Source: Takakia lepidozioides
Lineage: Eukaryota; Plantae; Bryophyta
Reading direction: 5' to 3'
Assembly (NCBI GenBank): GCA_030704615.1
Contig: CM060733.1
Location: 24,056,001 to 24,120,000, forward strand
Length of the DNA stretch: 64,000 nucleotides
Below the pieces are notes generated by a model. The model saw nothing but the letters and a program-made list of their open reading frames with translations. It was not told where the DNA came from and did no database searches. Below, in pieces: positions 1 through 64,000 of this stretch (the first letter of the stretch is position 1; each line of letters begins with the position of its first letter). A program made the translations under genes and the position numbers.

Positions 1-109
1 GCGTTTGAAAGGTTTGATGAAGGAGACCATGAAGTCAAAAAATGAGCCAAAGTGAACCAGTAAACGAATGTAGTAAAGTAATGAAGCAAACATAGTTCAT
101 TGAAGCAGA

Positions 110-735
110 CCAAAGACAGTACACTGGACTAACGATGGGACTGACTTGTGCCCCACATTTGGCCGACCACCGAATTTAGTGGGTCTGTGGTGGTCGGTGG
201 TCGGTGGACCAGCGAGCAGACCAGCAACCGTGGTCCAAACTCAGTCCACTCCGTGGAGGTAGCAGACCAATAACATTAATTCAGTAGTAGACCACATCCA
301 GGAGTACTACATACATCGACAGATCAATAACATCGGACCAACACACCACGTGGATCACTACTCTATACAAAACGTCGACCAAAAGTAGAAGTAGTAAACC
401 ACGACAGCAGACTCATGAAATGTTCCACAGACCATATAAAGCAGACCAATACAATATAGGGGTAGCCCAAGACAGTACACTCGACTAACGATGGGACTAA
501 CCTGTGCCACCGAATTTGGCATACCACTATTTCATGGAGGAGACCAACAACCGTGGTCCAAATTAAGTCCACTCCGTGGAGATAGCAGACCAATGACTTC
601 AGAAGCAGACCACGGCCAGGAGTACAACATACATCGGCTCACAAATAGACCACGTGGAGCACAACTCAATACAAAACATCGAACAGAAATGTTTAGCAGT
701 AGACCACGATAGCAGACTAATGAAATGTTCCACAA
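110..735. repeat. Diverged tandem duplication (~110-430 vs ~466-735)
   Basis: Shared blocks AGACAGTACACT(G/C)GACTAACGATGGGACT, CAACCGTGGTCCAAA...AGTCCACTCCGTGGAG, CCAGGAGTAC, GCAGACT(C/A)ATGAAATGTTCCACA. Confidence 0.8.
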
Positions 736-1859
736 AAGTGTACATCATATATAAAAATGAACAGGTCTGCACAACAGACCACATGAGTGAATTTTCATTT
801 ATTGCCAGGCCTAGATGAAATAACCCACCTCGGCTTTGCAACAAAATTTTGTCCTGGGGTTTATTAACACTTTGTGGTCCCGTTCTAGACGCTTCATACA
901 CTCCATGGATCGAACTGGCCCCTACGGTGGGGGTTATCACTACTGGTACACCCTTTGTGCTTGACCGCATGTTGAGCATCTGCGACGGACCACGAGCTGA
1001 GACCTCAGACGCCATAACCTTCACACAAATATCAGACAACAAAACATCAGCAATGACCACCCAAATGCACTGGGGAAAAAAAATGGACTGCAAAAATGCA
1101 ATGGAATCAGACTTTTGTGGGCGCTGTGGGTGTCTGCAATTGCACCACTCTTGTGGCAGGTATATCTTCGACTACAGTGACTGGTTCCACAGAATGAGAA
1201 GGGACAGAAACATGTGCGTGTGTTTCGACAAGGTCTGATGAATGGTCTGCTATGGGGTCGAACATGCGGAGCATATCAACGGATTGGTCTATTGCCAGTA
1301 GTGGGTCTACAGACGAGTCGGGGTCCACAAAAGTAAGCGGCAAAACGGCCAAAGATGCACCCTCATCTACAGTAGACCCTGCCTCTAACAGATGGGGAAG
1401 GTCACCGACCAAACTGTCAGAGTCATAGTCCATTGTTGCAATTGCAGAATTGGTCTGTACTATGGATAAATGAGCACTGACGCCTTCCCGGTTCTATTCA
1501 GGCAGTGCTGTGTCAAAAGGTCTGGTGGCAATGGTAAGGACCACTACCATTCTCTGCTTCTCAGCAGATGTTGCAGTGGGGGGGAAAAGAATTGCTCATC
1601 TCATTTTTGGCAACTCGTATGTGCCAGGGAGGATGGGTGTTGCTTCCTGGGTTATCGCCAAGTCTCCAGATGGTCTGATGTCCTGCACTGGTAAGGTCTG
1701 CTGATGTTGGAATGGTGAGGTGTCGGCGTCCATACCTGCGTCGCGATGCACTTCTGCGGTGCATTTGTCAAGCAATGTACCAGCCAGGGTGTCCTCCGGC
1801 AAGGTCTGATCTTCTCTCCTTTGCTCCAGCAAGGTCTGATCAGGTCTGCACTGGTCGGG

Positions 1860-2110
1860 AAATGTCTGCTCTGAGATGGTGTGGTGTGGTGTGGTATCCT
1901 CTGGTCTTTTGGGGTATGGTCTGTTGTGCACTCGGATTGTGTGGAGTCCTGCACTGTGGTCTGGTCTGCTGTGGTCTGCTCTTGTCTTGTCTGGTGTGGG
2001 GTGGTCTGGTCTGATTTGGGTGGTCTGGTCGTGTCTGGTCTTGTCGGGTCTGCCGTGGTGTGCTCTGGCCTGCACTGGTATGCTCAGGTCTGATTTCCAC
2101 TGCAGCGGTC
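1860..2110. repeat. Degenerate pentamer array (GGTCT/GGTGT/TGTCT)
   Basis: Visible runs such as GTGGTGTGGTGTGGT and GGTCTGGTCTG. Confidence 0.75.
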
Positions 2111-2693
2111 TGCTTTGCCAATGTGATGGGTGCCCGCTGATCTGGAAAGGTCTGCCCATGTCCGATCTGGAAGTTGTTATCTGCAAAGGTCTGCATAACC
2201 AAGGTCTCCTCGGTAATTTCGGGTAAGGTGTGCAATGCCTCCAGGAAAGTTTGTTTTGGCAACGAAAAGTTTTGTCACCCACATTCTCTGGCTTGGGATC
2301 ATTGGCAATCTAGCCGGGGGTCTGTTGTTCCTTGTTCTAAGAAATCCAGTCGGTGGTCTGCTGGATGGCATGTCGGTACTTGGGATTTGGCTGGGAAGGG
2401 TCTGCTCGCTCCACAGTCAGCTCGTTGCGGGTCTCCTGGGTCTCCATGGGAGTTGGGTTCTGTGTGTCTGCTGTTGTACGAACTCCAATGAGCCTACACT
2501 TAACGGGTGACACGACTCCAGTATGGCCACGGCGGGCTCGTAGAAGCTACCTTGTGCCATTGGCGTACTGGTCAAGAGCATTCCAAACAAGCTCGTCCTC
2601 TGTATCATACTCTGCAACATGTCACAAACACGTAAAAAACAAAGCACTCATCCCTGGTCTGCTAACAAACGGAAGAATACATGGGGGTATTAT

Positions 2694-4903
2694 TCACATG
2701 GGGCTCTGTTGGTTGTCATGGTTCATAAAGTCTACTAGAAGGTTTTCGTTCATGGTCAACGTTAAGGTCTGTTTAAAAGGTCTGTTCAAAAGGTCTGTGT
2801 AAAAGATCTGTTTAAAAGGTGGTGTAAAAGGTCTGTTAACAAGGTCTGTTAGGTCTGATGACATGCCATGATCTAGGACTGTGGTCCACAGCCCAATATC
2901 TTTCATAAGCCGATCCATGAAGGCCTCGTCAAGCTCTCCCAGAGCTGCAACACGGTCCTTTGCTAGAAACCCGCTCCAGAGCACTTGGAAAGCATGTCGT
3001 TTGTTGAATGCAATGTCGAAAACCGCACGCTCCTACACAGTCACAAACCACATCATGGCGTCTTGCGTGATACTTTCCCGAGCCTCTTCGCTTCCGTGCA
3101 ACAGGACCATCCGCAGGTTGTGAAGGTCTTTTTTAATTTGGTGTAAGACCTGAAATTGCCAAATTGCATCCATTGACGGCGGAGGAAACAATCTGCCATC
3201 TCCTCAAAAGCAGTCTCTATCAAGCTCGCTAAGTGCTCCGGACGAACACCAAATATTGGGTGGGTGATGGCCATGTGCCTTATCTCCAGTGGGCGTGGGT
3301 CGTGCATGAGAAAGAGTTGCGCAATAAGCGGTGGCTCGGTCTCCTCTGCCAGAAGCGCCACTCCATACTCACGGGCTTTGTCCAAAACACGAGTCGCTTC
3401 CTCCGCCGTGAACTCCATTGAGGAGTGCTGCGGAGCAAAGGTCCACCGGGAGGCGACGATGCGGTGAAGCTCATTGTACCAGTCCAGATGCCGATTGCTT
3501 TCCCCACAACGAAACTTCGGAAGAGTGGGGTCCTCCTCATTAGTCGTAGACCGCTGTGGAGGACGCCATGGTCTGCCTAATGGGAAAACAGTTCGACCAC
3601 GCAATGTGGTCTGCTGAGGGTCTGCTGAAGAGGTACGAAGGTCCGCCGGAGGACGGGTCATGGAAGAAAGGTCCGCTGAGCCGGGTCTGCTAGTCTGACC
3701 GGCGCTGTCAAAAGCCTTCACAGCAGACAGAGGCAGGCTTGCTGCGCGGCCAGTGGTACCATCCTGAATTGATGCAATGGCATCAGCTGACTGTGGATAC
3801 AGACTCAGGATGTAGTCACGAATATCACGGACCTCATTCCGGACAAGTGTATTTTCCAAGGGAGGACCGTTCAACCTGTACTTCCAGATTTGCAAAGCCC
3901 TGTACACTCGATTGTCTTGCACATTCGCCTCCTGAAAACAAACAGCAATATTGGCCTTCACATTAGACCAGTAGACCATAGAGCAGTAGACCATAGACTA
4001 GTAGATTGGGCCAGTAGACCATACACCAGTAGGCCATTACAGTAGACCAGTAGAGCATAGTAGTAGACCATAGCCGTGGACCCATGCAGCAGACCACAGC
4101 CACTGCAGCGCCTTTCAAAGCAACTGCAGTACCATGTTGCGCAAAACAGACGCAAAACAGTAGACGGTTCGCAGCAGACCACATATATAATAATAAAAAA
4201 AATACACTATGATTTGCAACAGGGGAAAGTAGTCGCACGGTTCTGGACCTATAGAGCAGACCACAACCAGAATGTTGTCTGCTGCTGTCGGTCTACTGTT
4301 ATGGGTCTGCTATTCTGTACATGGTACTGCAACACCCAACATAGCATATCACTAATTGCAACCAGGAAATCGAAAGACGCAAATACGGTAGGACGACAGA
4401 AAGAATGGTTCAAGTACCTGGAGGCCGTTGTAGTCTTCATCCCTTGGGTGTGATCGTGCCTCCACCCACTTCTTCTCGGCTGTGTCAATGGTCTGCTGTA
4501 TCTGCCCTGATCTCACATAAGCATACAAAAAAGGGAAAAAATCTGGATCTGATTCATCTGGGTATTGGTCTGGCAGAAGACCGTGGGGAAGCAGGTACAA
4601 TGTGCCAGGGCGGATAGGGGTGCCCGTTACATCTCCATGAGCGTCAGTCAGGGTCTGCTGTTTCTTGGTCTGCTTGTTGGGTCTGATATGTGGTGGGCGT
4701 CGTGGGTCTGTTTGAGGGTGTGATTCCTCCATGGGGATGTCCGAGTCAAGGGTTATGTCATGTACCAGCGGGGCGTACCCAATGGGGTCGTTCACCAAGT
4801 ACGGTCTCACAAGTAGTCTCGGCCGCTCTGTCGACATGTCCTGAACATGATCCTCCTCTTCATGAGAGTCTTCCTTACTTGAGTCATCCCCACTAGACGA
4901 CAA
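2694..4903 (-). pseudogene. Decayed spliced gene of unknown function (minus strand)
   Basis: Protein-like ORFs 4352-4903, 3053-3994 (acceptor TTGTTTTCAG|GAG near 3932) and 2694-2984, linked by an apparent frameshift and in-frame stop. Confidence 0.5.
2762..2858. repeat. ~14-bp minisatellite (AAAAGGTCTGTTTA-like)
   Basis: About seven AAGGTCTGT-core units in tandem. Confidence 0.8.
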
Positions 4904-5111
4904 AGTTGAAACGACAGCCTATGGTCTGCTGGTGTTGGTCTGCTGGGACTGACCTGGTTGCAATTCTTTGCTACTCACTCTCATATCCCGTGGTCTGCCA
5001 GTACTGGTATTGCCAGATCTGTGACTTTTGCGGTCTACATTTTTTTAAGCTCAATCACTGAGCTTCCTTTTCTTCACTGGCACAACAAGGCCGGGGCTTA
5101 GCAGGCCGGCT

Positions 5112-5481
5112 TCAGTGTAATAACGCTGCCACACGAGCGACGGCATGCGCACCCCTACACTTTGCAGTGATTTCTTTTGCGACCTTAGACGAACTTGGCT
5201 TGGGCCAAGGCTTGAAGTTCTCAGGGACCATACCTTTGCATCCTCCATCAAGGGCATGGCGGTTTAGAGTCTCTTTGTCCTTGACAATATCGGGGCAAAA
5301 ATGGCACTGAAACCGATCCTTTGGCCAGTTCTCTTTCTCCTTCGCTACGCGCAAGTCCAAAAATGCTTCTACTATTTAGCATCGTACTCACTTGGCTCAT
5401 ACCAGTACTCTTGGCTTTGTGGCGAGGGGCATGCACATATTCCACCCAATCGGCTCCGCCCTTTGGGCAAGCTTCTTCCAT
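5112..5481 (-). pseudogene. Small zinc-finger-like ORF remnant
   Basis: FQCHFCPDIVKDKETLNRHALDGGC fits C-x2-C-x12-H-x5-C; overlaps ORF 5248-5481 in another frame. Confidence 0.4.
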
Positions 5482-6168
5482 GGCTGCAACCTAAGGAGGA
5501 ATTGTGTCAGAGACGGTCTGCTAAATGCAAATGAAGAAGAGCAAGCAAAAAAGGAAATGAAGGTCTGGCGGTGAAGAAGTCTGGTGAAGTTGATACCTTT
5601 GCACTTTGGCAACGACGGGCACGCGGCCTTTCAAGAGCGGGCGGGCGCTACAAACGAATCGTCAAGTCGAAGAGGCAAAAACCGCGAAGCGCAACACACC
5701 GTGCAGTCGCAAAGTGGAGAGACACGAAAGACGCAAGAGGAGGAAGAGGCGAGGACCCCAACGTAACGGCTCACTGCTAAGCGTGACAGGAGCACGCGTG
5801 CGACCGCCGAGGCCATGCACGTCGGCCATTGGACTGCCGTCGAAACAGCAAACGTCCCGGAGGCACAATAATGGCCGCCGCCAAGGACTTTCATGGTTTG
5901 CCCTAAGTCTGCACCAAAAGGGTCTGCCAAAAGGGTCTGTGGCACTGGTCTGTCGCATTCGTGAGGCAAAGATTGTCTACACTCGGTCTGCCGTCGGGGT
6001 CTGACCAGAGTTCTCCAGGCTGGTCTGTTGGTTCGGTCTTCTCGTTTGGACTGGCATGGTGCACTCTTCTCTTCTCCTGCTCTGCCTATCTGGTCTGCCC
6101 TTTGTTTGCAGTGTGTCCCCACCCGTTTCACCATTGCAATGGTCCCCCGGCTGGGTCTCTGCATTCCC

Positions 6169-6238
6169 GCGGAATTTTTTGTGCAACGAACCAGTGGACC
6201 TTGGAAGGTCCACTGGTTTGTTGCACAAAAAATTCCGC
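6169..6238. repeat. Near-perfect 70-bp palindrome
   Basis: 34-bp arms (GCGGAATTTTTTGTGCAACGAACCAGTGGACCTT and its reverse complement, one mismatch) with a 2-nt spacer. Confidence 0.95.
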
Positions 6239-7205
6239 CACACATGCCCATTTCGTCCTGCATCGATGGGTCCACCTGCAAACAACATCCAAGAGACGGA
6301 ACTCGGGAGGAAATTGGAATTTTATACAGCCAGCCATGCACATATGCTTCTGCTATTTTTGCAATGCCATTCCACACATGCTATATGGAGGACAAGCCTC
6401 GAACAAGACAGTGTGACAAGGGAAAGGCCGATTCTCAATTGCTGTCCGCTAAATGAGTCGTACTTGTTAGCAAAGACCTAAATACTTCCATTCAAGTCTG
6501 CAATGTAAACTCAATGTAACTCACTTCCCCGCGCTCAAACAGTCCCACGAATAGGCGAACAACAAAGCAAAAATAGTAGAAGCATATGAACAAAAAAGGC
6601 TGTGGCTTGAAACGATGGACTCCGACGTTGCCAGAGAGTCCATGGAGTCATGCAAAGGGATTCTTCACAACCGCCAAGTCTGTTGGTTCTAAACAATCAA
6701 ACAACAAACAACAGCAAACAACACGAGAAAGAAAAAAAGAGCAAAGGGGGTCTGAGGAGATCGGCGAGTGCCATGGCATGCCCTAAATCCAGACGGTCTG
6801 GATAAAACCGGATCTGGACGGGCAGATGCGCGCCACGTAGGTCTGGGTCTGTTGTGCCGTTCTGGGGTGGTCTGCCGGACGACATGCGCACACCGAGCTT
6901 GGGCAGACCCACTGGGGACCCGATGGCGGGCGGACCCAGCGGCGAGGGTGGGCGGGCGGGGCCGCAGTCCGGGGGCGGGCTGGGCGGCGGGCGGGCAGGG
7001 CCGCGGGCGGCTGCGCGGCTACCGACCGCGGTGCGCGGCTCGCAGGTGGGGGTGGGCGGGGCGGGGGAGGGCGACCTACGGGCGTGCGCGCCCTCGCGCC
7101 GTGTCCCACACGCGCGACATAAACTCCCAATTATTCAAAAATGAGAGGCGCATTACATTGGGGTGTAATGCCTTTTTGTACCTTTTTGTTGCACGTGCTT
7201 TATGC

Positions 7206-7305
7206 AGTGTAATGCCCTGAGTAGAGGGCATTCTCGGATTTTCGGGCCTTCCCTAGGGCTAGTGCCCTCAAATCCGGGAATGCCCTCCACTCAGGGCATT
7301 ACACT
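7206..7305. repeat. 100-bp palindrome with 36-bp arms
   Basis: AGTGTAATGCCCTGAGTAGAGGGCATTCTCGGATTT pairs with AAATCCGGGAATGCCCTCCACTCAGGGCATTACACT (2 mismatches). Confidence 0.92.
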
Positions 7306-8666
7306 ATACGTAAACCTCGAGTTTGGCCCATCCGTCGGGATGTCCTTCTCATAAGTCTCCGCTAGTAGTGCAGAGCAACGCGAAGCCCTAGTTGGCTTGC
7401 TACGCTTTCTTTTTCATTTCTTTATGTTACTTGAGCAGGTAGCCAGTGGTTGGGTGTTTGTGCCTTGCCTGTGCATAAACTAGCAACATGCCGTCCATTG
7501 GACCCTAGATGGCTTGTGTATCGAGCAGTAGGCTCTGTAAATTCACTGGACGTTAAATAAACTTTATCTTTATCTTTATGTTAACTCTTCCCTTGCTATG
7601 GGAACTTTCCATCCTTTGTAGAGTTAGCTCATGTCAGTTTGTATATAAAGCTTTACAGGGTTACATCATCATCATTGTATACTTTAACACCGTCCATTTT
7701 AAGATCATGAATGGTGGAGATGTATCATGGCCATGGAGTCCAAAAAGGTCAGTGTCGGGTGTATTTGGGAGGCCCCAAGAGTTGCATTGCTCACGGAATC
7801 TCGCAGTGTGCGCCACAGGAAGAAGGTCCACTTTCGATTCACCCTTCGTGTTTGCATCGTGACGTCGAGCTCTACTGCGGGGGATCCATCGCTTATTGCT
7901 TATGAACACGGCCAGCTGCAGGGAGATACTGGTACGTGTGTTTCCAAGAGGTGTTGATTGAAATTCAAGATTTGATCGGTCCAATTGGGAAGTTTCCCTA
8001 ATTTGATACCACATGGCTGCATTCAAGATTGTTTGCTCCTCCATCGTCTGTTCCCAGGGACCGGAGCTGAAAGCACGGTTTGAAGTGTCGAAGAGAACGA
8101 CAAGTGGGTTGGTCGCACTTGTGTTCTGACAATTGGTAGAAATTTTCTTTTGCGGCAGGTCCGCATACATGATTGGGTATAAGGCCCTTGGAAGATTTGG
8201 ACACATGGGTCTGACAGTTTACCAGCAGAGAAGCTTGTAAATTGTTGTTCAGTACGTCGTAACATATAGTCCTAGTGTTTGAGTACTCTTGAGTGTGCGG
8301 AGTTTGCAGAAGGCTGGGATATGGGTCGGTGAGTAAGCAGGCAGCTCAGCGCCTTTCTCGACTATGAGTTATTGGAGATGCTTTGCTTCCTGTCAGCTAA
8401 AAAATAGATCATGCAGCATTTTCTTATACCTCCTGTCGGAATAGCTTGCTTCTTCGGTGCTTTTACTCGAAGTTGTAGCTTCGGTTGCCTTGCGTCTCCA
8501 TTGCTTGTATGTTGGTCGCAGGTGGAGCCAGAGGAACTAGAAGTCTTAAGAGTTCAAATGCAGTTTGCAGGCACTACGTAGTTGTAGACGTGTCGATGCA
8601 CTAAAAGAATGCACAGATAAAAGAGGTACCATATCTTATACAAGTTGTCGTGCCATTTTAAGAAAG

Positions 8667-63338
<54,672 letters not shown>

Positions 63339-64000
63339 AACTGCCATCTGCAAAATCTCTCTGTAATTCGCTCTTCTACAAATGCTGCTATTGAATGGGT
63401 ATGTAAGACCCCTGAGTATTAAGACCCCATGCACCTTTACTACTATAGCTTTGCAGTGATATGACAAAAAGAGAGAACCATTTGAGGATTTGCGAGACTG
63501 AATCCATGGAGGGCCCTCCCCAACTTATCATTAAACTGAACCCTAAACCTGTTTCAGTCTATTGTTGTGGGTGACAAGACAGTACCACGGTATGTGGACC
63601 CCTGAGCCTGACATGGCTCCAGCGGTTGCTTGTACAGAATTGGTAAAATGGTAGCACAGAGGTTCATAGGAGCATGCTCCCATTAGATAGCACGACGGGA
63701 AGAAATGATGCAATGCTTTTGAGATGTATCATTTACTGGTAGATAGTAGTTTTGGCGCAGCGGCTCAGCAGTTATATGCCTATCATGGTGTGGTAAAGAA
63801 CAGGAGAAGAATGGACACTCAGATTTCGTCGCCGGTATAAACGTATAAACAGAGTAAAATGATGGAAACAAATTGGCCCAGTTGTCTGTTGTCTCAATTT
63901 GTAGGAGCAAACGTTGGGTTCTTTTGGCATATTCAGATCTGGGGGCTCAAGAGTAGCGTTGCTGAAGTAACTAGGGTGCTTATGAAGACCACGTTGTGTT

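Larger units (their letters stand above)
1..7310 (-). mobile_element. Probable end of a large unclassified mobile element carrying decayed spliced genes
   Basis: Distinct CAGACC/GGTCTG-rich composition, tandem repeats, frameshifted minus-strand ORFs, GC-rich segment ~6820-7120 and terminal palindromes; no transposase motif recognised. Confidence 0.45.

Noticed and set aside
1596-2282. Overlapping ORFs on both strands as real proteins
   Set aside because: They arise largely from the stop-poor pentamer repeat; low complexity and no recognisable domain.
110-4100. CRISPR-like array from recurring AGACC repeats
   Set aside because: No constant repeat with regular unique spacers, no cas genes, and the context is eukaryotic.
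6768-7220. Arg/Gly/Pro-rich ORFs
   Set aside because: By-products of extreme GC content.
63339-64000. Neighbouring gene or telomere repeat (CCCTAAA near 63541) downstream of the dynein stop
   Set aside because: A single heptamer is expected by chance, and ORF 63683-63910 has no recognisable motif.

Overview
Eukaryotic genomic DNA, most likely from a green plant or streptophyte with flagellated cells. This is inferred from an intact axonemal dynein gene plus the plant-type tRNAiMet PBS TGGTATCAGAGC. Most of the window (8667-63338, + strand) is one gene for a single-headed inner-arm axonemal dynein heavy chain. My manual GT/GC-AG parse gives 50 coding exons totalling 13,290 nt (4,429 aa + stop), including AAA1-4 P-loops, stalk/MTBD and the C-terminal domain. 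Its introns are packed with retroelements: (A) a LINE family with one long 5'-truncated copy (open EN-end/RT/CCHC frame) and several 3' fragments; (B) a second, RTEX-like LINE family with a stem-loop 3' end and (ATTTC)n tail, present in many copies on both strands; a rearranged Copia remnant with a half-tRNAiMet-type PBS; and a complete 364-bp TRIM whose two LTRs each carry a tRNA-like cloverleaf, plus an isolated copy running from the tRNA start to the LTR end. A 941-bp intronic inversion can be reconstructed from reciprocal LINE junctions. The first ~7.3 kb is a distinct, CAGACC/GGTCTG-rich block with decayed minus-strand ORFs of unknown function, a GC-rich end and large palindromes; it is probably the end of an unclassified large mobile element. 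All coordinates were counted by hand and family assignments are from motif recall, not database searches.
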